Of a stretch of 64,000 nucleotides of DNA, positions 47,106-55,051 are shown in pieces. The stretch spans positions 117,633 through 181,632 of the forward strand of contig CAYRQJ010000001.1 in the NCBI GenBank assembly GCA_964426555.1. The letters are read 5' to 3'. Source of the DNA: an uncultured Candidatus Saccharibacteria bacterium (GTDB lineage: Bacteria; Patescibacteriota; Minisyncoccia; Phycocordibacterales; UBA9973). The position numbers and the translations under genes are program-made. The number at the start of each line of letters is the position of its first letter. Within the stretch, counting starts at the first letter, position 1. The notes below the pieces were generated by a model. It did not search any database. It worked only from the letters and a program-made list of their open reading frames with translations, and was not told where the DNA came from.

Positions 47106-48284
47106 ATGGACAAACATGTTATTGATACAATATTAGAAAGAGGGGTAAGTGAGATTATCGACCGTAAATCTCTGGAAGAAAAGCTAAACTCTGGCCAAAA
47201 ATTAAGAATAAAGCTAGGTATTGACCCAACAAGCCCAAATATTCACCTGGGTAGAGCTACCGCACTAAGAAAGCTACGGGATTTTCAAGATGCTGGACAC
47301 CAAATTGTTTTTATTATTGGAGATTTTACTGGAACAGTTGGAGACACTTCAGACAAAGATGCTGAAAGACCAATGTTGGAGCAATCTGCAATTGAAGAAA
47401 ATTTAAAAACATATATTGATCAAGCAGCTAAAATAATTGATATTTCAAAATGCGAAATTCATAGAAATAGTGAATGGTTAACTAAATTAACTTTTGCTGA
47501 TGTTTCTTCTCTGACTGACGAATTTTCTGTAAATGATTTTATTTCAAGAGAACTAATTAGTAAAAGATTAGATGATGGTAAACGTGTGTCACTGCGCGAA
47601 GTAATGTACCCAATTATGCAGGGGTATGACAGTGTTGCTATAAAATCTGATGTTGAGATTGGTGGTACAGATCAAAGATTTAATATGCTAGCGGGTAGAA
47701 CACTGCAAGCAAAATTTGGCCAACCAAAACAAGATATAATAATGCTACCTTTAATAGAAGGTTTAGACGGCCGTAAAATGAGTTCAAGTTGGGGGAATAC
47801 TATAAACCTGTTTGATACACCAAATGATATTTTTGGTAAAGTAATGTCACTAAGAGATGATTTGATAGTTCGGTATTTTACAGTTTGTACTAGACTGCCA
47901 CTAACAGAAATAAAAAAACACGAAGAAGATTTAAATAGCGGCGTAAATCCAAAAGATATTAAAATCAAATTAGCTCAAAGAATTGTAGAAGATTTATATA
48001 ATGAAAAAGAATCAGAAAATGCCAAAGATTTTTGGATAGAGACTTTTTCTGAAAATAAAATTCCAGAAACAGTAGAACATGCTGTAAATAATACTGACGG
48101 CGCAATGCTTGTTGATTTGGTGGTTAGTGCAGGATTAGTTACTTCTAAATCTGAATACACTAGATTAGTTGATACTGGTTCCATTGAATTAATGGAAGAT
48201 GGTGAGATAATTAAAGATATAAAACAAACTGCAAAACCCGGAACTTATCGCATAGGTAAAAAAAGATTTATTCGAATAGTATAA
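47106..48284 (+). CDS. tyrS: Tyrosyl-tRNA synthetase
   Basis: HLGR (HIGH-type) and KMSSS (KMSKS) motifs, plus a C-terminal S4-like domain. The start was taken at the internal Met (MDKHVIDT...) using the ORF-track frame, because the track start overlaps the PBP gene. Confidence 0.85.
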   Translation: MDKHVIDTILERGVSEIIDRKSLEEKLNSGQKLRIKLGIDPTSPNIHLGRATALRKLRDFQDAGHQIVFIIGDFTGTVGDTSDKDAERPMLEQSAIEENLKTYIDQAAKIIDISKCEIHRNSEWLTKLTFADVSSLTDEFSVNDFISRELISKRLDDGKRVSLREVMYPIMQGYDSVAIKSDVEIGGTDQRFNMLAGRTLQAKFGQPKQDIIMLPLIEGLDGRKMSSSWGNTINLFDTPNDIFGKVMSLRDDLIVRYFTVCTRLPLTEIKKHEEDLNSGVNPKDIKIKLAQRIVEDLYNEKESENAKDFWIETFSENKIPETVEHAVNNTDGAMLVDLVVSAGLVTSKSEYTRLVDTGSIELMEDGEIIKDIKQTAKPGTYRIGKKRFIRIV

Positions 48285-48288
48285 ATTT

Positions 48289-48765
48289 ATGGAATCAAAA
48301 AAAGTCTTTATTCTGCATTCAATTAATGATTTATTAAAACCAATTAATGATTTAATTTTAAATATCAATAAAGCTTTAGATAAAAATGGGGTTATTATTT
48401 TTTTGAATGGAGATTTAGCCAGTGGTAAAACCGCTTTTGTTCAAGAATTTGGATTTTATGTTGGGATAACAAAAAATATTCAAAGTCCAACTTTTACTTT
48501 AATGAAAAGCTATAATGTAGATAGCGAAAAAATTCCTGAATTATATAAAATAGTACATATTGATGCGTACAGGTTAGAACCGCACCATAAAGAATCTTTA
48601 AATGTTGAAGAATTTTTATACGAAGCGGGAACTTTAGTTTTTATTGAATGGCCAACTGCAATTGATTTAGATAGTTCAATTTGTTTTGCAAATATTGACT
48701 TTGAGGTTGTTACAGAAGAAATGAGAAAAATTACTATTCGTTACAAAACAAAAGACGGGGTTTAA
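48289..48765 (+). CDS. tsaE: tRNA t6A37 biosynthesis ATPase TsaE
   Basis: P-loop LNGDLASGKTAF ... SPTFTL ... DAYRL, the TsaE/YjeE pattern. Confidence 0.8.
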   Translation: MESKKVFILHSINDLLKPINDLILNINKALDKNGVIIFLNGDLASGKTAFVQEFGFYVGITKNIQSPTFTLMKSYNVDSEKIPELYKIVHIDAYRLEPHHKESLNVEEFLYEAGTLVFIEWPTAIDLDSSICFANIDFEVVTEEMRKITIRYKTKDGV

Positions 48766-48986
48766 TACATCCCGTCTCTGTCTTCTTCGTCTCCAAAAAA
48801 ATCAAATAAATTTTCGTCTAAAACTTCTTCGTTTTCTCTTAGTCCTAAATAAAGATTATTTTCTTCTTCTATTTCTTCTACTGGTGTTTCTACTTCGTCA
48901 TGAAAATCATCTATTGCTGGCTCAGCACCTTCTGCCCCAAAAATTTCTGGGGATTCAAATATTGGTTTGTCTTCTTGTTCAGACAT
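48762..48986 (-). CDS. Small highly acidic hypothetical protein
   Basis: 74 aa, Glu/Asp-rich, no motif. Confidence 0.3.
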   Translation of the reverse strand: MSEQEDKPIFESPEIFGAEGAEPAIDDFHDEVETPVEEIEEENNLYLGLRENEEVLDENLFDFFGDEEDRDGMY

Positions 48987-49055
48987 GTTTCTTAAAAAAT
49001 TAAATACTACTACTATGTTTCATACTTTTACATTTATTATTTAATTTAGCAAGTG

Positions 49056-49568
49056 TTATTTTGAGGATAGCTGTGAATAACGAATACGAGAGCTACCTGC
49101 CAGGGCTATAGCTATTGCATCTATCTCGTCGTCACCCATTTTACTGGTGTCTAATTTAATAATTTTAGGCACCATTTTTAAAATTTCTGGCTTTCCAGAA
49201 GCACCATTTCCTGTTACAGCGCTTTTTATTTCAGTAGGGGTTAGTTCTATTATTTTAATATTTTGTTTGCCAATACTGGACAGTATTGCTCCACGAGCAT
49301 GAGCCACGGTTATTGCAGTTTTGATATTTACTGTAAAAAATATTTTTTCAATTATAACTACATTTGGTTTATATTTTTTTATAATTTCTTCTACGTGTTC
49401 ATAAATGTGGGACAATCTTTTTTCTATGTCTAAATTCTTACTAGTTTTAAAACATTCTGAGAAGATTAATTTTTCTTTTGGGTTTGTATTTAAATTTTTA
49501 TTTATTATTGCTATACCAACTCGCTCTATGCCTGGGTCAATACCACAAATAATATAGTCGTTATTCAT
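49056..49568 (-). CDS. ruvC: Holliday junction resolvase RuvC
   Basis: IICGIDPGIERVGIAI, the RuvC N-terminal catalytic Asp context. Confidence 0.85.
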   Translation of the reverse strand: MNNDYIICGIDPGIERVGIAIINKNLNTNPKEKLIFSECFKTSKNLDIEKRLSHIYEHVEEIIKKYKPNVVIIEKIFFTVNIKTAITVAHARGAILSSIGKQNIKIIELTPTEIKSAVTGNGASGKPEILKMVPKIIKLDTSKMGDDEIDAIAIALAGSSRIRYSQLSSK

Positions 49569-49569
49569 A

Positions 49570-50529
49570 TTAGCTATTTAAATAGTTTATTCCACTTTCA
49601 GTGATTGTTCTGCCACGAGGAGTTCTTTCCATAAAACCCAATGTTAGTAAATATGGTTCTATTACATCTTCTAGTGTTCCTTCGTCTTCGTGTAGCGATG
49701 CAGCCAGTGTTTGCAATCCTGTTGGACCTCCACGGAATTTTTCCTGTAATGTTTTTAAATATTCGCGGTCTAGTTCGTTCAGTCCCATATGGTCAACACC
49801 CAATAGCGTTAGTGCATCGTCAGCAATATTTGCGTCTAAATCTACGCCTTTGACTTGTCCGTAATCACGTACACGCTTTAAAAAATAGTTTGCAGTACGT
49901 GGAGTTTTGCGGGACCTGCGCACGATGGTATTTATTGCATCATTTTTTATTGGAATACTTAAAATATTTGCAGAGCGTTCTAATATTTTTTCCAGCTCTT
50001 GGTCTGTATAATATTCTAGTCTAAATACACCACCTCCAAAACGAGACCGCAGTGGGGCAGACAGTAGGGAAATACGAGTAGTGGCCCCAACCAAAGTAAA
50101 TGGTGGTAATTCCAGTTGCACACTGCGAGCTGATGGACCTTTGCCAATCATAATATCCATTACGCCAGACTCCATGGCAGGGTAGAGAATTTCTTCTACA
50201 AGTTTTGAAAGCCGATGTATTTCGTCAATAAATAAAATATCGTGCGGAGCTAAATTTGTAAGAATACTGGCAAGGTCACCAATTTTTTCTATTGCGGGGC
50301 CAGATGTTACAGTAATATTTCTTCCTGTTTCTTTTGCTATAAGGTGAGCCAAGGTAGTTTTGCCTAATCCTGGGGGACCATAAAAAAGCATATGTTCAGC
50401 AGATTCACCACGCTCTTTTGCGGCTGTTAATAAGATGTGTATATTCTGTTTAATATTATTCTGACCAATGTATTCGGTCCAGCTCTCTGGGCGAAGATGT
50501 TGGTCTAAAAATTTGGATTCTGTCTTCAT
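49570..50529 (-). CDS. ruvB: Holliday junction branch migration ATPase RuvB
   Basis: Walker A GPPGLGKTTLA and RuvB winged-helix C-terminus. The start was taken at the internal Met (MKTESKF...). Confidence 0.9.
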   Translation of the reverse strand: MKTESKFLDQHLRPESWTEYIGQNNIKQNIHILLTAAKERGESAEHMLFYGPPGLGKTTLAHLIAKETGRNITVTSGPAIEKIGDLASILTNLAPHDILFIDEIHRLSKLVEEILYPAMESGVMDIMIGKGPSARSVQLELPPFTLVGATTRISLLSAPLRSRFGGGVFRLEYYTDQELEKILERSANILSIPIKNDAINTIVRRSRKTPRTANYFLKRVRDYGQVKGVDLDANIADDALTLLGVDHMGLNELDREYLKTLQEKFRGGPTGLQTLAASLHEDEGTLEDVIEPYLLTLGFMERTPRGRTITESGINYLNS

Positions 50530-50571
50530 ATATAAGGCTTTTTGGCTAATTGATGTAATATCTCTATGGTC

Positions 50572-50600
50572 TTGACAATTAAAACTTAATCTGCTATACT
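50572..50600 (+). promoter_or_regulatory. Sigma70-like promoter (TTGACA-17-TATACT) reading into a 270-nt noncoding stretch
   Basis: TTGACA at 50572-50577, TATACT at 50595-50600. Confidence 0.4.
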
Positions 50601-50606
50601 GTGCTA

Positions 50607-50880
50607 GTAGAAGTATCAAGTTTAGTTGCACGAAAGTCAGGACTTGATATAATTACATTATAGCACAGATGAAGTTCTGGCTTTGTTTTTTTCTAAAGAC
50701 AATATTGATCTATAAGCAATCAGCTAATTTTGCCCGGTGCCTCTCGCGGAGGACGATTTGGTTTCGACTGGATCTATCCTACAAGGTTGTACTACTTGCT
50801 CGGACTTGTGCCTTGCAAGGATTGTTTATAGATTAATGCTGTTTTTAAAAAACCACTGAAATAAATTCAGTGGTTTTTTT
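50607..50880 (+). ncRNA. Candidate structured noncoding RNA (unidentified) bounded by a promoter and an intrinsic terminator
   Basis: No ORF. A GC-rich core ggtgcctctcgcggaggacgatttggtttcgactgg stands out in an AT-rich background. The terminator aaaaaccactgaaataaattcagtggttttttt lies at 50848-50880. Confidence 0.2.
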
Positions 50881-50883
50881 GTT

Positions 50884-50935
50884 TACTTATTTTAACGCAC
50901 CCCACCCTGACCCTCCCCGTGACCAGGGAGGGAAG
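50884..50935. repeat. GC-rich hairpin repeat (family member) overlapping the 3' end of the DUF559 gene
   Basis: gcaccccaccctgaccctcccc-gtgaccag-ggaggg. Confidence 0.6.
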
Positions 50936-51278
50936 ACAGCAAAATCTTAATACTTGTTATTGTTTTATCTAAATCAGATTCTATCTCCTGATTTTTAAAT
51001 CTAATTATATTTAGTCCTAAGGATTTTAAATAATAATCTCTTTCTTTGTCGTAATTTTTATTTTTTAAATGTATTTCTCCATCTAATTCAATTACTAAAT
51101 TTTTATCTTTACAATAAAAATCTACAATATATATACCAATACTATGTTGTCTTCTAAATTTAAATCCTAGTTGTTTGTTTTTTAAATTACTCCAAAGTAA
51201 AGATTCTGCGTTAGTCATATTTTTTCTTAAACTTTGTCTTCTTTCTTTTAAGGTAAATTTAGTAAAAATCTTCTTCAT
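50892..51278 (-). CDS. DUF559 (Vsr-like endonuclease fold) protein
   Basis: LWSNLKNKQLGFKFRRQHSIGIYIVDFYC...ELDGEIH is the DUF559 pattern. The C-terminal residues GHGEGQGGVR are encoded by the GC-rich repeat. Confidence 0.75.
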   Translation of the reverse strand: MKKIFTKFTLKERRQSLRKNMTNAESLLWSNLKNKQLGFKFRRQHSIGIYIVDFYCKDKNLVIELDGEIHLKNKNYDKERDYYLKSLGLNIIRFKNQEIESDLDKTITSIKILLSSLPGHGEGQGGVR

Positions 51279-51300
51279 GTATAAATAATATCATTTATGT

Positions 51301-51352
51301 AGCAAAAGTCCTCCGCCTGTGAAGGGGAGGATTTAGGTGGGGTGCGGTTAGT
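51301..51352. repeat. GC-rich repeat, exact 40-mer copy
   Basis: agtcctccgcctgtgaaggggaggatttaggtggggtgcg at 51307-51346, identical to 58381-58420. Confidence 0.8.
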
Positions 51353-51355
51353 TCT

Positions 51356-53059
51356 TTACTTATTTTCTTCTAAGCTAACAACACTACGTACTTCTTCTAA
51401 TGTTGTGATTTTGTTTAATACTTTTACTATTCCATCTTCGCGCATATCAAATATTCCTTGTTTATCAGCAACTGTTTTGATTTCGTATTCAGAAGGATTG
51501 TTTGGAATAATTTCTTGAATGGATTGGTCATTATAAATTGCTTCAAATATTCCCATTTGGCCCTTGAATCCTGTGAAGTTACATTTCTCACATCCATGCG
51601 CCATGGCTAATTCGTAACTATCTTTTATTTCTACATTATAAGGTTTTAAATCTTTACCATTTTTTACAGCAACATTTAAAATATTATTTATTATCGCAAC
51701 TTCTTCAGCTGTCGCAGGTTTTGTTGTGCTGCAGTCTTTACAAATTTTTCTTACCAACCTTTGTGCAATAGACAAAGATAATGCAGATACAAGAATTTTT
51801 GGGTTTACTCCAAGATCTATAAAACGAGGGATTACTCCGGCAGCGTTGTTGGTGTGCAAAGTAGAGAACACAATGTGTCCAGTTAATGCTGCTTCTATGG
51901 CAATTTCTGCTGTTTCGTGGTCACGGATTTCTCCAACCATTATTACTTCTGGGTCTTGGCGAAGTGCACTACGCAAACCTGCTGCAAAAGTATAGCCTTT
52001 TTCTACATCAGCTTGAGTTTGGGTTATACCCGGTAAATGATATTCAATAGGGTCTTCAATTGTAATGATTTTTACTTCTTTACTATAAATTCTTTGTAAG
52101 AATGAATATAATGATGTTGTTTTACCAGACCCTGTAGGACCAGTTAATAGTATCATTCCATTTGGCTTATGAATTTCAGCATCGATAAGTTTAAATAAAT
52201 TATCTGGGATACCCAATACTTCCATACCAACACGAATAGATTTCGGGTTAAGTAAACGCATTACAATAGACTCACCATATGCTCCTGGGATTAAAGATAC
52301 ACGAACAGATATTTCGTCTTCACCAATAAAAATAGAAAATCTTCCGTCTTGAGCAATAGAACTGTTGGTAATTTTAACTCCGGAAATTAATTTGATACGA
52401 GAAGAAATAAGATGGAAAAATTTAATAGGCAACACTACGGCTTCTTGCAGTACTCCGTCAAGACGATAGCGAATAGTTAAATCATTTTCATTGGGTTCAA
52501 TATGAATGTCAGATGCAGATAATTTCATTGCACCGGCAATAATTGTTTTTAAAACATGAGATGTAAAATGAATACTGTCTTTTCCTGCTTCATCAATTTT
52601 GCTTTTTACATCAGCAATAGTTTTAATAGATTCACCAATTTCCATTATTACGTCTCCTGTAATTTCAATACTACCAGTAGCGCTGGCGGTAGCTCCGGAC
52701 AATTCGGTATAACGCTCCCAAACTTTTTCTAAACTAGCGCGAGACGCAATGTATAATTCGGGATTCATACCTTTACGCTGAATACTTTCTAGAATTTGAG
52801 ACACTTCACCACGGCTGGGTGCATGAGCAGCCACCATTATTTTTTTACCAACAATTTTAAAAGGAGCTACTTCGGCATTTCTAGCTTCGGCTTCGGTAAC
52901 GTAGCGCAGGGCTTCGTTGTCGATAGCAATAGTACCCAAATTAATATAGGGGATGTTATATTTTTCAGCAGAAAGTAGTTGCATTAAGGCTTCTTCTTCT
53001 CTACGACGAAAATCTTCTATGGTTTTGTTTTGTTCGTCTTTATCACTAAGGTTGGACAT
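51356..53059 (-). CDS. Second GspE/PilB-family secretion ATPase (solitary paralog)
   Basis: Walker A GPTGSGKTT, GspE signature, tetracysteine CKDC...CEKC motif. Confidence 0.85.
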   Translation of the reverse strand: MSNLSDKDEQNKTIEDFRRREEEALMQLLSAEKYNIPYINLGTIAIDNEALRYVTEAEARNAEVAPFKIVGKKIMVAAHAPSRGEVSQILESIQRKGMNPELYIASRASLEKVWERYTELSGATASATGSIEITGDVIMEIGESIKTIADVKSKIDEAGKDSIHFTSHVLKTIIAGAMKLSASDIHIEPNENDLTIRYRLDGVLQEAVVLPIKFFHLISSRIKLISGVKITNSSIAQDGRFSIFIGEDEISVRVSLIPGAYGESIVMRLLNPKSIRVGMEVLGIPDNLFKLIDAEIHKPNGMILLTGPTGSGKTTSLYSFLQRIYSKEVKIITIEDPIEYHLPGITQTQADVEKGYTFAAGLRSALRQDPEVIMVGEIRDHETAEIAIEAALTGHIVFSTLHTNNAAGVIPRFIDLGVNPKILVSALSLSIAQRLVRKICKDCSTTKPATAEEVAIINNILNVAVKNGKDLKPYNVEIKDSYELAMAHGCEKCNFTGFKGQMGIFEAIYNDQSIQEIIPNNPSEYEIKTVADKQGIFDMREDGIVKVLNKITTLEEVRSVVSLEENK

Positions 53060-53084
53060 GGGTTTATTATATAGGAAAATAGGG

Positions 53085-53165
53085 AGAGGAGCAAAAACCT
53101 ATAACACCTCAAAAACACACCTCACCCCTGACCCCTCTCCATTAAAATAGGAGAGGGGAATGTGG
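53085..53165. repeat. GC-rich hairpin repeat (family member)
   Basis: cacctcacccctgacccctctcc-attaaaata-ggagagggg. Confidence 0.6.
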
Positions 53166-53170
53166 TTTAT

Positions 53171-53530
53171 TTACAAACTAAGTTCTTTTTTGATTTTTAA
53201 TATTACACTTGGTAAATTTTTAGCAATTTCGCTATTCCAAAATCTAAGAACTTTAATATCTTTTGAGTTTAAGTATTCTTGTCGTCCAAGATCATAATTT
53301 TTTGTTTCTTTATTATGCACACCACCATCTAGTTCTATACATAACTTCATTTCTGGACAATAAAAATCAAGGATAAATTTATCCAAGGGGTGTTGTCTTC
53401 TAAATTTAAAGCCTAGTTTGTTATTACGTAAAAATTTCCAAAGCATTTTTTCTTCAATAGTTTCTTCCTTTCTTAAATATCTAGATTTTTTAATTAGATC
53501 AACTTTATTCATGTATTTAAATTTTACCAC
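53171..53530 (-). CDS. DUF559 (Vsr-like endonuclease fold) protein, second copy
   Basis: MLWKFLRNNKLGFKFRRQHPLDKFILDFYCPEMKLCIELDGGVH. Confidence 0.75.
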   Translation of the reverse strand: MVKFKYMNKVDLIKKSRYLRKEETIEEKMLWKFLRNNKLGFKFRRQHPLDKFILDFYCPEMKLCIELDGGVHNKETKNYDLGRQEYLNSKDIKVLRFWNSEIAKNLPSVILKIKKELSL

Positions 53531-53590
53531 ATTCCTTTCTCCGCAAAAGTGGGGAGAAAGGTAAGGGATGAGGTGTTTTTGGGATATAAA
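53531..53590. repeat. GC-rich hairpin repeat (family member)
   Basis: cctttctcc-gcaaaagtg-gggagaaagg ... gggatgaggtg. Confidence 0.55.
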
Positions 53591-53684
53591 ATACTCTTAA
53601 TCTATAAGCCTAAAACCCAAATACTACCCATTGACTTTTTATATAAAAAGTGATATAATAATACCAAATTAACAATAGAAAAAG

Positions 53685-54875
53685 ATGAAAAACCATAAAG
53701 GTTTGAAGACGTGGATCCTGATTGGATTCTGCTTCGCAGCACAAATTGTGGCAGGGTCTAATTACAACCCACCAATGAAGGCCACTGATGGCTCAACTAT
53801 CTCCAACTTAACCATACTCGACTTTGTTGAGAACGGTGAGAACGTGAAAGTTGGGGAGGAGTTTTACTCTGCTCGTAGTGGGCAAACAGTAAAGGTTTAC
53901 GTAAAGTGGGCACAGTATGTGTACACCTACAAAACTTTATTGTCTGAGGCAAAAACAATTAACCCAGCTAGATATCGTAAATATGTCACACTGGAAGATT
54001 TTATTGCTGACTGGGTTTCGATTCCTGGAGAAAAAGTTGGTAGTGAAAACCGTTTCAAAAATACCGGAGTACACATTGTAACCGGTGCTATTGAGCCACT
54101 TCCAAGTTTTACTACTTGGAGTACATTACCAACCAATACCTCGTATTGGGGAATTGTAGACGGAGGCATTTATTATGATATATGGGCTAAAGGTAACTGT
54201 GCAAATGTTATCTTAACCTATATGGAGTATATTGCTCCTGTGGTTGTATCAGACTTTGTTGAAGCACCAGCACCTGTTGTTGTAACACGCCGTGCATTGG
54301 GTTCCAATGAAAAGATCACCTGTTTGGGTGATACTGTAGTTATGGGAACCAGAACTACTAGCGGAACTTTTGCAAAGAATAATACTCTTTGGTTAAGTGA
54401 TGCTGGTGTGTGGTATCAGCTGCATCCACCAGTTAATGGAGTAAAGGTTGATAAAACCGAACTGTGCCCAAAGACTGGAAGTGTTATTAAAACCGACACC
54501 ATTCACAAAATGGTTATTATTGAAGAAATTCATAAAAAAACTACTACAGTGGATACTACTCGGACCATGTCTCAGAATTATTCTGGATCTGGTAGACGAT
54601 TCGTTCAACAGAGATCTATTTGGAGATCTGGTGGAGGCTACGTCACTTTTAATAGTGGTGGTGGTCAGCAACGACAACAAACAAGGAGATCTCGCCCGCA
54701 ACAACGAACACAATTTGGTGGAAGATCTTCCAACGGTGGCTCATCTGGAGGACTTGTCTCTAATGGTGGCTCAAACGGTGGAGTTATTTCCAACGGTGGC
54801 TCATCTGGCGGCGGCGGTTCCAATGGAGGAGGCGCAATCTCTGGTGTAAAACAAAGAATGCCTCGTCGATGGTAA
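53685..54875 (+). CDS. Secreted hypothetical protein with a Gly/Ser/Asn tandem-repeat C-terminus
   Basis: Signal peptide. C-terminal RRSRPQQR..SNGGSSGG repeats are encoded by a ~20-bp tandem DNA repeat. Confidence 0.5.
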   Translation: MKNHKGLKTWILIGFCFAAQIVAGSNYNPPMKATDGSTISNLTILDFVENGENVKVGEEFYSARSGQTVKVYVKWAQYVYTYKTLLSEAKTINPARYRKYVTLEDFIADWVSIPGEKVGSENRFKNTGVHIVTGAIEPLPSFTTWSTLPTNTSYWGIVDGGIYYDIWAKGNCANVILTYMEYIAPVVVSDFVEAPAPVVVTRRALGSNEKITCLGDTVVMGTRTTSGTFAKNNTLWLSDAGVWYQLHPPVNGVKVDKTELCPKTGSVIKTDTIHKMVIIEEIHKKTTTVDTTRTMSQNYSGSGRRFVQQRSIWRSGGGYVTFNSGGGQQRQQTRRSRPQQRTQFGGRSSNGGSSGGLVSNGGSNGGVISNGGSSGGGGSNGGGAISGVKQRMPRRW

Positions 54876-54897
54876 TTTGTTCTTTTAAGATTTATTT

Positions 54898-54932
54898 AGG
54901 CTCCTGGATTTTTAATCCAGGAGCCTTTTTTC
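54898..54932. terminator. Rho-independent terminator
   Basis: aggctcctggatt-tttaa-tccaggagcct plus T-run. Confidence 0.65.
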
Positions 54933-54947
54933 TTGTATAAACTTGAC

Positions 54948-55014
54948 CCCGTTAGAGCCAAGCCGCCCCAAGGTGGCTGTAGCACTCGCGTTGCGAGGGC
55001 GGGCCTCTAACGGG
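54948..55014. mobile_element. MITE-like element copy 4 (GC-rich interior), inserted at a promoter -35 box
   Basis: TIR CCCGTTAGAG / CTCTAACGGG. Flanks are cttgac / gttgac. The right flank is the TTGACA of the downstream promoter. Confidence 0.5.
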
Positions 55015-55015
55015 G

Positions 55016-55045
55016 TTGACAAAAGCCTATAAAAGGTGATATAAT
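55016..55045 (+). promoter_or_regulatory. Sigma70-like promoter TTGACA-18-TATAAT for the 55052 gene
   Basis: TTGACA at 55016-55021, TATAAT at 55040-55045, ATG at 55052. Confidence 0.55.
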
Positions 55046-55051
55046 ACTGGC

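Noticed and set aside
50530-50631. N-terminal 34-aa extension of ruvB (MQLNLILLLAQYSRLSFNCQDHRD...)
   Set aside because: RuvB homologs start near MKTESKF... The extension is hydrophobic, atypical, and overlaps a predicted promoter.
50748-50771. Calling a complete tmRNA (ssrA) gene here
   Set aside because: Only the 5' acceptor/D-analog motif resembles tmRNA. No T-arm (GGTTCGA.TCC), tag reading frame ending in Ala-Ala-stop, or CCA-proximal acceptor half was found in the next 130 nt. It is kept only as an unidentified ncRNA candidate.
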